From assembly GCA_051294375.1 (NCBI GenBank), contig CM119266.1, positions 27,142,718 to 27,206,717 of the forward strand: a DNA stretch of 64,000 nucleotides, written 5' to 3'. This document shows, in pieces, positions 1 through 13,309 of the stretch. Positions within the stretch are counted from its first letter, which is position 1. Each line of letters opens with the position of its first letter. The notes below the pieces were generated by a model. The model had not been told where the DNA came from and searched no databases. It saw nothing but the letters and a program-made list of their open reading frames with translations. This DNA comes from Paraspadella gotoi. Lineage: Eukaryota > Animalia > Chaetognatha. The position numbers and the translations under genes were made by a program.

Positions 1-944
1 TCGGGATCTGCTGATAAGCCGATCCGACTAAAAACTACTACGCTTTTATAGGTTAGGCTGGACTTACCGTTTTTTTTTAAATAAAAATTATTATGAATTA
101 TGATGAAGTTTTACAAAAGTGTGCGATCATAGTAAGTTAAAAATTTAGGTATAGCTTCTAATCTTGAAATAGCTTTGATATTTTTTTTTTGAATTTCTAC
201 TTCATTATGATTTACTGCAATATGCAAATGAGATTATAGTACTCATTATAATATCCAAATTAGTATATAGAAATTATTTAATCTAATTTAGATATTGCAG
301 TATATAATATTGAAGATGAAATCAAAAATTTTTTTTAATCTATAATAAAAATGGGAAATCAAAGAACCTTTTTAATGAGAAGCTATATCTTAATTTTAAT
401 ACAAATAAAAACAAAATCTTTTACAAGCTATGATTGGAAAAAATTGTAACAATTTCCAATTGTAAACAATTGTAACATTTTTTTTCCTTTCTTTTATTTC
501 TTTAAATTATATATATATTTTTCTTCCTATTTTTGTCAGTTGCTGCCTCTTCTGAACCCTTTAAAAACGAGTTCAGGCTCTGCAGTGATTGTACAACTGC
601 CTTCCAGCAGCTGTCCAGATTTCTCTCTTTCTCTCTCTGTCTGTCTCTTTCTTTCTCTTTCTGTCTCTCTCTGTCTCTCTCTCTCTGTCTCTGTCTCTCT
701 CCCTCTCTGTGTACGATCTCTTGCGTGATCGTTTTTTGAAAAATTTTGATTATTTTTTTCCTTTTAAAAACTTTTTTATTATCGCCATTTATTCTGCGCT
801 TTTTTCTCAATGCAAAATCCCAAATTTACATCCGAGATTTTCGTGGATTTATTCTCTTTCTTTCTCTCTCTCTCTTTCTCTCTCTCTCTCCCTCTCTCTC
901 TTTCTCTCTCTCTTTCACTCATACACGCATTTGTTTGTTTTATT

Positions 945-1160
945 TATGATGAATGATTCATTGCGTCAATGAATGACTATCATCGCATCAATGAATGACT
1001 ATCATCGTATCAATGAATGATTATCATCACATCAATGAATGACTATCATCGCATCAATCATTTAGTTATTATCACATCAATCATTTGGTTATCATCACAT
1101 CGATCATTTGGTTATCATCGCATCAATTATTGGTTATCATCGCATCAATATTTGGTTATT
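945..1160. repeat. 22-bp minisatellite (ATCAATGAATGACTATCATCGC)
   Basis: About 9-10 degenerate tandem units. Confidence 0.9.
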
Positions 1161-2629
1161 ATTGAAGGTAGGCGAGATCCTATTCTTTTAAGATATTTTT
1201 TTTAAATCGAAAGAGATTAAAAGTCCATAAAAAAGAAGAGAAAGACAAAAAGGGGGGAAAAAGTTTCGAGTTATAACAAAGAGGTTGTGAATTTCGATAA
1301 AAAAATACACGTAATGGACGACCTGACCAGCGACGACATGGCGATGAACCTTCAGTAGTGATTGAATATTAACCACCGACGTTGATTATCATGCATTAAT
1401 TATCAAAAATAGACATAGTTGTCACTGTTATTTTTGAATTTATAGTAACAACAACAACAACTACCGCAACTGCGGTTATTTCAAACTCAGGTGAAAGAGA
1501 CTTGCGAAGACGAGGTCGTCTTGGGCGACGAACAGCTGCGCCTCACCTTTTTTTTCCTTCGATACCTTAGTACTTTGAATACCAGAATGCTCCTTCAGTT
1601 TTAATACTTCAGTACTTATAAAATATTTCTTTATATATAGGCTTTACGCTTAACTTATTCCAAGTCCAATTTTCCTCCGATTCCTTTTTTTCTTTTAATT
1701 TTCACTTTTTTCTTTTTTTTTTTATTCTTTTCTCTAATTTTCTTTTATTCCTTTTCATTTCCTTCTCTTCCCCTTCCCTCACCTTTTCTCCTCTCCGCTT
1801 GAAATAACCTCTCCTTCCTTTTCCTCTCTTTCCTTCCCCTATCTTTATTCCCTTTTCCCTTCTTTCTTCTCTTTCATTCCCTGTTCCCCTTTTTACCTTT
1901 CTTTATTATCCTCCTCCTCCTCCTTCCCTTTGTCTTCCTCTTATGAAAACCTCGTCCATCCTCAATTCCATTTCCTCCTCCTCCTCCTCCTTCTCCTCCT
2001 CCTTTCCTCTTCTTTCTCCTCATTGTCGCATCATTTCCTCCGTCGCTTCGGGTTCTTAATATTTTTTTTTGTTCGCATATTTTTTTTTTAAGTTCCTGTC
2101 TCTCTTTCATTTCTTTTCTTTTAATTTGTTTGTTTGTCTTTCCCTTTTTTTTATTTTTTCTTTTTTCTTTTTTCTTTTTCTCTTTTTTATTTTTTTTATT
2201 TTTTTCGTCTTTATTATTTTTGTTCGGAGAGTCATAATGCGAAATGGAAAGAAAAGAACAAAATCAGGAAAGAAGAGAGAAAAATAATCAAAAATATAAA
2301 ACAACGAAAGGGAAAGAAAAAAATAATCAAAATAATGGACTTCAGACAAAGCGTAACGTGTCACTGGAGTGAATCAACGGAGTTAGTCAGTAAATGTATT
2401 AGCGTATGAGTGAATAAGTGAGTGATAAAAAGTAAATTAAAATAAAAAGATAGAAAATGGAGAAAAGAAGAAGAAGATGAAAGGAGGAAGGAAAGCGGAG
2501 GAAACTAAAAGGAAAGAAAAAGATGCGCGACCAAAAAAAAAAAAAAAAGAAAAGACAAAAAGAATTCCGCTGGGGAAGACTCGACTGGTAGACCGATTGT
2601 GGGAAAATGGGAAGAAAGGATTGGGGGGA

Positions 2630-2875
2630 GAGAATGTATGGAGAAATGTGGGGGAATTGTGGAGGAATTGCGTTGAGAATTGTGGGGGAATTGTGAGGAG
2701 AATTGTGCGGGAATTGTGAGGACAATTGTGGGGAAATTGTGAATATAATTGTGAGAGAATTGTGAAGAAATTTTTAAGAGAATTGTGGGGAAATTGTGAG
2801 GATATTTAAAAAGGAATTTTGAGGAGAATTGTGGTGAGAACTATGGGGGAATTATGGGGGAATTTTGAGAAAAAT
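2630..2875. repeat. 12-bp minisatellite (GAATTGTGGGGG-like)
   Basis: About 20 degenerate tandem units. Confidence 0.9.
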
Positions 2876-2972
2876 ATGGAGACGGGAAATGTATCAATTA
2901 CATAGTTTCGAATGACACTCTAACTCAGAACCTGTTTGAATTAAATTTAGGTTGATTGTGCTGACTCGTTAC

Positions 2973-3285
2973 CCACTCAAGCGCCTTGCAGATGACCAGC
3001 GACTGGCCCCAACTACCCGCTCAACTCCTGGCAGATGCCCACTTCAGCGTCTGGCCTACCTTCCTGCTCAAGCGTCTTGCAGATGTCCTCTTTAGCGCCT
3101 AGCCCCCCTGCCCGCTCAAGCGCCTGGCAGATGCCCTCTTTAGCACACAGCTCCGCTGCACGCTCAAGCGCCTGGAAAATGCTATTTCTAGCGCTTCTCC
3201 CCCATGTCCGCTCAAGCGCCTGACAGATGCCCTCTTCAGCGCCTGGCCCCCCTGCCCGCTCAAGCGCCGAACAGATGCCCGATCA
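2973..3285. repeat. 48-bp GC-rich minisatellite
   Basis: CGCTCAAGCG recurs at 3113, 3161, 3209 and 3257; about 7 units in total. Confidence 0.9.
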
Positions 3286-3395
3286 CGCATCAATCAGGCG
3301 AAAAAACAACGCGGGTTTTCCCTCGAGACTCGACGACAAACATGACGATTGAAACGGGAAAGGCCAACAGAGTCACTCTCTCTCTTTCTTTTCTC

Positions 3396-3444
<49 letters not shown>

Positions 3445-3694
3445 TTTTTTCTTTCTTTCTTTCTCTTTTTTCGTTTTAATATTTATTTTGGTAGGCATAA
3501 TTTAATTTATTTCGATCTTTATTTTGCATTTTTTTTACATTTTTACATCTTAATTTCTTTTTTTCTTTCTTTTCTTCCTCATGTCTTCCATGTATTTCTT
3601 TAGTATTATATTTATGAAATTGGTACAACCTATTACTTGATCGATTTGTTTGTTTTCCTTTATTTTCCACCTTCATTTTCATTTCGGGAAGAGT

Positions 3695-3771
<77 letters not shown>

Positions 3772-4232
3772 TCCTTCCGGTTGTCACTCGCCTCTCAGGA
3801 GTTTCCTTCTTTCCTTTTCTCTCTTTGGCCGACGTCCAATTCTAATACGACGGGCGCGCCTCTTCGGCGTCGCTCTCGTTGTTATTGTTGTCGTTGTTAT
3901 TGTTGTCTATTTCGTTCTTCTCGTATATTGTTTTGCAAGTTGTTGTCGTCGCTATTTCCAAATAAGGTTTTGTTGTGAGAGTCGCCGCTTTGTTTTTCTC
4001 GTTACCTTTCTCGTCGTCGTCGTCGTCGTCGTTTTCGTCGAAGACTGTCGTAACTGTCGAACCGTTTTTGTTGTTGTTGTTGTTGTTGTTGTAATGGTAT
4101 GTGGTTGTCTTTATCGTCGTCGTCGCCGTCGTCGTCGTTGTCTTGATTTCACCTAAATCCTTCTCGATTGTTGTCCTCCTTCCGATCATTTTTCATATTT
4201 TGAGTGGAGGAAATCCGGTTGGTTGGTTGGTT

Positions 4233-4292
<60 letters not shown>

Positions 4293-4462
4293 TTTTGATC
4301 ATGCGTTCTTTCCGCTTGAAAGACAGAAACAGAGAGAGAGGGAGAAAGAGAAACCGAGAGAAAAGAAAGAGAGAGAGATGACAAGTATTCATCCTTCCAA
4401 AAAGTGAGTTATTCAAAAGAAGACAGCGGGAGAAGAGAAAAAAATTTGAAAATACTACGTAC

Positions 4463-4502
<40 letters not shown>

Positions 4503-5677
4503 TGAGAGAGTCGGGACTGATATCGAATGTAAAAAAAAATTAAAGAAGTTTAAAAATATATTTTGTAAATTCGTGCCTGGATTACTAATGAGAATATCGA
4601 AATATAAAGTTGTTCTATGAAATATATATATATTTTTTTTATATTGGTTGTACCAATTTCATATATATTTTTTCTCCAAGGAAAAACTTGAGAGCGCCGA
4701 GAAGAACGACTGCCTTCCGAAATCCGGATTGTCAATGCCGAGAGACAGAGTGGGAGGAATTTATTTCCGGGTGACGAATCGTCGAGTTTCGCAAATTCGC
4801 GCCGATTTTCAATGACCCCTGCCACGCCCACTTTTCCTCTTCCTCATCCTCCCCCTCCTCCTCATCTCGTTTCCTTCCTTTCTTTTCTCCTCAAATTCTA
4901 AACCCAAATTTTGAGTTAAAGGAGGAAGTTGTGCAAAATGGAATATCGCGAAAAAAGAAGGAAGATAATCATCATAATACTCAAAGTGCTCATTTCTAAA
5001 AAAAATAATAGATTTAAAAAAATGTGAAGATAGGGATCGTTGAGTGAAAAGTAAGTAATTACGAACGAGGAATATCCTGCGCAATAATACAAGTGAAAAG
5101 TTATGTGTAAAATTTAAAAAAAAATCGATTTTAATTGTTGCACACTGCGAAAGCTTTTAATTTTCGACACAAAAAACTTTGTGACTTTGTGATTAAATAT
5201 ATTTCAAAAAAGAATGCGCTAATTTCTCTTAAACATTCTCCTTGTGTCTTCGGGTAGGTCAAACCACCTCCGTTCTGTCTACCTTAACCACCATCACACT
5301 AAATCACCACCACCAGCACCACCTCTTTCACCACCGTCATCGCCGCTCTAGTCATTCAGTCGCCCATCATTTGGTTTTCAAAGCGACGGACCCACGACGC
5401 CTTTGACCGCGAGGGAAAAAGACGAAGGAGCCAGAGATGATGATGATGATGACGATGATGATGATGATGATTTCATGGCGATGATGATAGTTGAGTCCAT
5501 AAAGATGATCTCTTCCGATCCTCTGCCGTCTACCGTCAGCCTCACCTCAGATTTTCGACTTTCTCACTTGACGTCGACTTCACCCTTTTCGCTTCTGGTC
5601 GTTGGTGAATGTCGACGTCGTCTTTATCATCCGCGTCCAGTTCGGTCTCCTGTAAGGATGCTATCCAATCTCTCTCC

Positions 5678-5729
<52 letters not shown>

Positions 5730-6255
5730 CAGTCTCACTCCCTCTCACGCCCATTCAGTCCTTTCCCAATTTGCCGGAAGAAAATTTCTTTGCATGAATT
5801 TTCCGTTTCGCGGCCGAAGGAACGCGATTCATTTTACCGGATGATCCGGAAAAATTTCCCGGTTTCGAATCTACACAGGGAATAGTTTAATTATTTTTTT
5901 AAATGATTGAAAACTGTACTGCGAATTAATAACTGTACAGAATGAAAATATTCGATGGGGTAATTGTCTTCATTAGGCTACTTCACAAACACATTTAATT
6001 TTTATTTTTATATATAAAATTAATGATTCATTCATCAACAAGCAATTTAACTCCATTTTCTAAGTTAAAAACCAAAAAAATTATTGTAAGAAATTTATTA
6101 ACCCGCATATTCATTATATATTCTTGTATCAATGAAAACGGATTTACAATGGGTCACCCTGTAATCGACTCCCACTTCTCACGCAATTCAGTTTCCGTTC
6201 GCCCGATTTCCCCGTTTTCCTTCGCTCGATTCCTCGTTCATTCCTTCCTTCCTTC

Positions 6256-6310
<55 letters not shown>

Positions 6311-6446
6311 TCATTTTTCTGTTTCGTTATTTCTCATTTTCTCACATCCCTTTTTTCCCCATCTTTTATTTTCATATTTTCCCCCCCTATTTTTGTTATC
6401 TTTTTCTCTCTCTCCCTCTATCTATCTCCCTCTCTCTCTCTCTCCT

Positions 6447-6496
<50 letters not shown>

Positions 6497-6518
6497 CTTC
6501 TCCCCTCTCTCTCTCTCC

Positions 6519-6556
<38 letters not shown>

Positions 6557-7227
6557 CATGGGTATTCTCGAGATTTGCGGCGAGGAAGCCATGGTGTCCG
6601 GCCACCGAGCCCTTTGTCCACCATGGCCGGACCACGTGCCGCCGGCCAATTTTGCCGCCGGGACTTGAGGTCGCGATCGAGAGAAAAAAACTCTGATCGG
6701 GAGAAATCCGCGGATCAACAGGACACGTCCGGAGAATCGTGGTCGCGGACATTGTGTTTTTTCTTCTCTGGGTGCATTCTTTCATTTTAAATTTTCACAA
6801 TATTTTTTTTGGGAAAACTAACTCATATTATAAAATAACTTTTGGAATACAAGGCTATTGTCCTACCTAAAAACGATGTCGGAAAAATTTGACAAAAGAG
6901 AGAGAGAGAGATGAACTTAATTACAATGTTTGAATTGTTTTTAACATCATTCGTTTTTCTAGTTATCTATTTTGGCTTGTAAAAATCAAGATTTTAATGT
7001 TAATATTAAATTAGTTAATAGGCATGAGGAAAAAAAATTTGTTTACAAAAAAATTATTTAAAAAATTTAAATTAGTGCACAAAATTGATCATTATTAAAA
7101 ATAACTGAAAACGTTTGCCTTTGTATTAAATTTTAAAGCAACTAACAAATTAAACAGAAACCAGAAGTCCAACTTGTTGCGGCGCTGTGATTTCTCTTCA
7201 CAACACTTCCTTTTACTAATAATGACT

Positions 7228-7430
7228 TATGAAATTGGTACAATCAATATAAAAGTTATCCATTCATTTAATAAATAAGCTATCTTGCCCCTGACTTTGG
7301 ACAGGCTTTGGTGGTTTAAGCCTTCCATCAGTGTTCCATTCATCTAATTATGAATTTTTAATTGTTTTAATTTAAACACTGAAATGAAGCCGAAACATGT
7401 CTGTTTTACAATAAAATAAAATCGTTGTCA
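7228..7430. mobile_element. Penelope-like element termini in inverted arrangement with degenerate hammerhead motifs
   Basis: 7374-7406 reads AAACA-CTGA(aat)GA-AGCC-GAAA-CATG-TC-TGTTT, followed by AATAAA. The opposite strand at 7296-7336 reads AACA-CTGATGG-AAGGCTTAAACCAC-CAAA-GCCTG-TC. The left part belongs to a dispersed repeat family. Confidence 0.55.
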
Positions 7431-8180
7431 AAACTAAACTCAAACTGTCTTAAACACTGCAAATAAAAACAAAAATTTTTTTTCTCACTTAAACATTTAA
7501 TTGATTTAATATATTCTTTAATCTGTAATCTCGATTACCTAAATATCAATTTTTTCCAAAAAGTCTAGCAAAGTTTTTAACCCTGTCTTTTGTCTGGGAA
7601 AGCTGCCTTTGCGCCGAATTGTTTTGAGAGGTCCCTTTATACCGAGAGTGGAGAGTGGAGCAAAGCTGAAACAAAAGCCCGAGCAAAACAGTTGTCTGGA
7701 AATCTTAAGAGGAATCCTAAGCAATTTCGCCTGCCAGTATTCTTTTTTAATCATTTTTAAATCATTTATAATAGAAATTGTAATTTTTTTTGTTTCAGTT
7801 TAAAAAATATTAAATACAAATGATACAAATGAAAATTAAATAAAAATAGAAAACAATAATTAAGGGAAAAAAGAATAATTCAGAAAATTCAAAAATCATA
7901 GAAGATAGAAGATTTAAAAAAAAAAATAAATAGAGAAGAAGAGAGAGTCTGTGACCATATTTTTTTCACAAGTCAATTTGTTTATTTATTTCCTTCCTTT
8001 TTTATTTATTATTTTATTTATCATTTTATTTTTCATATTTTTTATTCTTTTGAGATTAAAGGAAAGAGAAGAAAAAAGTCTCGATCCGCGACTTTCAGCT
8101 CCGTAGGTATCGCGGACTCCGATCATTGAAGCCCGGATGCCGCGGCGAGAGGGGAGAGAAGAGAAGAGAAGAGAAGAGAA

Positions 8181-8207
8181 TGACCCGTCGGGGTCAGTTT
8201 CGGGTCA
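8181..8207 (+). promoter_or_regulatory. Nuclear-receptor half-site cluster including a consensus DR5
   Basis: TGACCC-gtcg-GGGTCA-gtttc-GGGTCA, inside a CpG-rich island. Confidence 0.35.
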
Positions 8208-8622
8208 GGTCCGCGACCTGAGCCGCGGACGGAGGAGAACAATAGCCGGCAGCCGGAAAACAATAGAGTGACCAAAATTGGGTCCGCGAAGTTCAAGTAT
8301 ATGCCTCCTTTCTTCCTCTCCCCCTCTCTCTCTCTTTTTCTCTCTCTCAGAGGAACCAATTCTCCCCTCGATCCGATAGAAAAAGTCCTCGTTGGCAGTC
8401 CCCGAGGTCGACACCACAGTCGCTTACACTAACCCATTGGCTTCACCCACAATCTCCCACTCTCACCCACGCCCCACGGCCCCACCTCACAGGTTCCGCC
8501 CCTCCCCCTTCGCGCCTTCGGTTGCTCTAAGAAAAATGCATTATGGATGCAGAGGGCGGGGCCGCCTATGAGCCATCCATTCTCCGGAGCGCTGACAGAA
8601 GTAATAGTTTAAGCGAGAGAGT

Positions 8623-8719
<97 letters not shown>

Positions 8720-8827
8720 AAAAAGAAATTTGGGAGAGAGAGAAAGAGAGAGAAAGGAGATTCGTGTAAAGGAGATGGAGGAAGGAGAAGGAGGGAGGAA
8801 AAAAATGTATTCGGCGTCCTCTGAGAG

Positions 8828-8875
<48 letters not shown>

Positions 8876-9364
8876 AAGGAGATTCCTTTAAAGGAGATGG
8901 AGGAAGGAGAAGGAGGGAGGAAAGAAAGTAAAACGGTCGTGAAGGAATGAGCAACTGATCCTTGTTGGTAAAATTGTAGTATGTTTTAATACAAACGTTT
9001 TTATTTTCAAATTGTTAGCCATTTACTTACTTTTTAAAATTGTTTACTTTCGGTTTAGGATCCAAATTTTTTTATTTTTTTATATGAAATCTTGTACAAT
9101 CAATATAAGATTATCTTGTATTTATTCAAAGAATTAGCTATCGGCCTTCGACACTTTTAAAAGTTACAAACAGAGCAATACCATTCAATCGAGATTCAGT
9201 TAAGTTTATTAATCCCCAGAGCACCTGGCTTCCCTGTCAATGAAGAGGGAAAATATTTTTATAAACGGTTGACATCGTATTAAAGGATCACTCTTTGTTA
9301 AATGCCATACTATTTTGGGCTAATTTTAGGCAAATCTATATACTACATATTTTCTGATGCAAAT

Positions 9365-10362
9365 GATTAAAGATTAAAACCAATATCTGGCTCAGATACA
9401 CAAAGTTCGCGAGAGTCTCTATCTTTCTCGCGCGATATTCTCTCGAAAATCCGACCTCGTTAAACCCGAATCTCTTTTTATCTCTTTATATCGAACATCG
9501 TTATTGAAAAATGTAAGAGACGCGAACCTCGTTTTGCTCAGCGGCGCTCGGATCGCGAGGTCGTTTGAACAGTGTATTTATTATTGAGGCCGACAGATGC
9601 GGGGATGAAAAGAAATCAAATAAACGATAAAAAAAAAGAGGGAGAGCGAGNNNNNNNNNNNNNNNNNNNNNNNNNNNNNNNNNNNNNNNNNNNNNNNNNN
9701 NNNNNNNNNNNNNNNNNNNNNNNNNNNNNNNNNNNNNNNNNNNNNNNNNNNNNNNNNNNNNNNNNNNNNNNNNNNNNNNNNNNNNNNNNNNNNNNNNNNN
9801 NNNNNNNNNNNNNNNNNNNNNNNNNNNNNNNNNNNNNNNNNNNNNNNNNNNNNNNNNNNNNNNNNNNNNNNNNNNNNNNNNNNNNNNNNNNNNNNNNNNN
9901 NNNNNNNNNNNNNNNNNNNNNNNNNNNNNNNNNNNNNNNNNNNNNNNNNNNNNNNNNNNNNNNNNNNNNNGGGAAAGGGCGAGAGAGAGAGGGAGACAGA
10001 GAGAGGGAGAGAGAAAAGGAAAGAGAGTGAAAGAGAAGGAAAGAAAGGTGAAGTCTGGGAAANNNNNNNNNNNNNNNNNNNNNNNNNAATTAATTAAGAT
10101 TAAACCAATATCTGGCTCGATACACAAAGTTCGCGAGAGTCTCTATCTTTCTGCGCGATATTCTCTCGAAACCGACCTCGTTAACCCGAATCTCTTTTTA
10201 TCTCTTTATATCGAACATCGTTATTGAAAAATGTAGAGACGCGAACCTCGTTTGCTCAGCGGCGCTCGGATCGCGGGTCGTTTTGAACAGTGTAGTATTA
10301 TGAGGCGACAGATGCGGGGATGAAAAGAAATCTAATAAACGATAAAAAAAAGAGGGAGAGCG
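9365..10362. repeat. About 280 bp direct duplication flanking N gaps (9365-9650 and 10092-10362)
   Basis: The two copies differ only by small indels and abut gaps, so this is likely an assembly overlap. Confidence 0.85.
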
Positions 10363-10380
10363 AGACGCACTCTTGGAGAG

Positions 10381-10423
<43 letters not shown>

Positions 10424-11082
10424 GAGGAGAAGAGAGAGGAGAGAGAGAGAGAGAGAGAAAAAAAGAGAGAGAGAGAAGAAGAAAGGAAAGAAAAAAAGAG
10501 GAAAAGCGAGGTAAGGCCGGTAAAGGATCCGGTGAAGTCTGGAAAAAGGGCGAAGAGAGAGAGAGAGCTAAGGAGAGAGAGAGAAAGAAAAGAAAGGTAG
10601 TCCGGGGAAAGGGCGGAGAGAGAGAGGGAGACAGAGAGAGGGAGAGAGAAAAGGAAAGAGAGTGAAGAGAGAAAGAAAGGTGAAAGTCTGGGAAAAGGGC
10701 AGAGAGAGAGGGAGACAGAGAGGGGAAGAAGAAGAAAGGAAAGAGAGTGAAAGAGAAGGGAAAGAAAGGTGAAGTCTGGGAAAATGGCGAGGGAGAGAAT
10801 AGGAAGAAGAGTGACTGGGGAAACGGAAAGGGAACCTGACGAAAAAGAAGAGAGAGAGAGTGAAGATAGAGACAAGAGACGAGAGGAAGTCAGAAGTTAG
10901 CAAAGAGAAAATAAAAAAACTGAGAGGAGAGAGAGAGGAGGAGAGAGAGAGTTTGAATTTCCCTCCTTCTTCATCGGGGTATTAATCGCATCCATCATCC
11001 GAAATTTTCTAAAGGCGTTGACGCTCCAGCGTTTTTCCTTTCGCGGCCCCGGATCCGAGCGCCGATAAAATGCATCCCCCCT

Positions 11083-11117
<35 letters not shown>

Positions 11118-11294
11118 CTCTCTCTTCTTCTCTCTCCTACTCTCCATTCTTCTCTCTCTCTCTCTCTTTCTCCTCTTCAATCTCCTCCCTTTCTCTCTTC
11201 TCTCCTTCTCTCGGCTCACTTTTTATAGATCTCCTTCACTATATGGTTCTCTTTTGTAGCAGATCAGAACGTTCCTACCGGGTCCTCTCTCGTC

Positions 11295-11350
<56 letters not shown>

Positions 11351-11634
11351 TTTTCTCGCTTCCAATATCTGTCTTTCTTACATCGCAATATAGATATTAA
11401 AAAAATGTTAAGTCCGTCGGCAAAGGCAGCGTGGATGGCGCCGCGACTTAAAGACTGATGGCACCTTTGGCACTGATAGCATTGATGGCACCGATGGCAC
11501 TTATGCCATTGATGGCACCGATGGCGTGGATGCCTTTTTGAAGTCGAAGACATCGCTGGCATCGTCGCCAACGACTCTACCTCGGCGCTGGCAACGGCGG
11601 CGCTTCCTTCGGGTGGCGTCGCCTCGTTTACAGG

Positions 11635-11678
<44 letters not shown>

Positions 11679-12396
11679 TGTTGACGTTTTGTTTCCTTGA
11701 TTTATGATTTTGATTCTATTGTTGGAACCAAAATGTTCTTTTTTTTTGTTGTTGAAAAAAAAAAGCTTAAAATTGAATAAAAAAAGAAATCCGTAAATCA
11801 TGACGACGACGACGACGACGACAATTGAATTCGTTCCACATGAGGATATAAAATAATAAAAAGGAAGAAATGCGAGAGAAGAGAGAGAGGAGAAGAGGAG
11901 GGCGAGAGAAAGGAGCGGAGCGAGAGGGGAGGGAGGGAGAGGAGGAGAGAGCGAAGGAAAAAGGAGGGAAGAGGAGGAGGAGACGTGAGAGAGAGACGAG
12001 ATGGGACCGAGGACAGCACCCGACGGGAGGGCGCGCGCGCAGATTGATGAGAGAGAGAGAGATTGAAGTTGTCCATTTTGATTGTCTTTCCTTCGATATA
12101 AAGAGGATTTTGGTTTTCCATAAAATTGGCACAACCAATGAAATTATTCACACATGTCATGGTTCTAGTCTTGTCCGCCATCTTTGGTACGATAATTTTC
12201 ATCATCTTCGTCGACGCCGTAGTCATCGTCTTTGTTTGAGTCGCCGTCTTCATTTGTAATGTGTTCGACATTGTCATCTCCGACTTTGGAATCATTTGTT
12301 CATTGCAATCGCCTTCGTCATTTTCGTTGTCGTCGTCGTTGTCGTCGTCGTCAACGCGTTAATCACCGTTCGTCGACGCAATGATTTTCATGGCAA

Positions 12397-12432
<36 letters not shown>

Positions 12433-12982
12433 GTTCTTCACATCGTCTCTCTCATCGTCGTCCCTCACAGTCGGTGATGAATTGAATTTCTTTCTCAGGA
12501 GAAAAATCTTGGCTCTGAATCAAAGCTAAGAATCGGCAGCATCGTCTGTGGGGGACGTCGCCGTCGTCGTCGTTGTTGTTATAGTCGTCGTCATTGTCGT
12601 CGTCTCAGTTGTTTATCCTTATTTTTCCTTTTATCCTGGATCTTTTTCTTCATCTCGTTTCTTCTCATATTTTTCTATTTTAATCGATGTTCGTTTAAAT
12701 CCGACTAGTATAAATTTCGCTATTTTTTTTGTTACAGGATTTTAACTTTTAAAATTTCATCTCTTAGAATTTCTTTGTTTTTAATTTCCTTGTTCAACTT
12801 TTTCCTTCTTTTCCTTCTTTCTTTCTTTCCTCCTTTCCGTTTCCTCTTCCTCCTCATTTGTCGATAACAAAATCTAAAAATAAAAAAGGCATCGCGAGAC
12901 CGGATGTCATTCGCCGACCCGGATGTCATTGGAGACGATAAAAAAGAAGTGAGACGATGACGACGCAAGTGAAAGATCGGAA

Positions 12983-13023
<41 letters not shown>

Positions 13024-13275
13024 ATCAGAAAAAAAATAAGACGGTCACTCGTCCAAAACGACGATCGACAACGACGATGACGGCGACAACGACAACGATA
13101 ATTATGACGATGGAGAAGAAAAAACAATTATAAAGACGACGCCAAAGTCAACGACGACGACAGCGACGATAACGACCGAGAAAAAGAACAAGAGGACGCC
13201 TCGATCATCACTATAATGACGACGACGCCGACGACGACGCCGACGACGACGNNNNNNNNNNNNNNNNNNNNNNNN

Positions 13276-13309
<34 letters not shown>

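Noticed and set aside
9365-10362. Local duplication as a biological repeat (also 60260-60321 / 60423-60482)
   Set aside because: The copies directly flank N gaps and differ only by indels, typical of unmerged contig overlaps.
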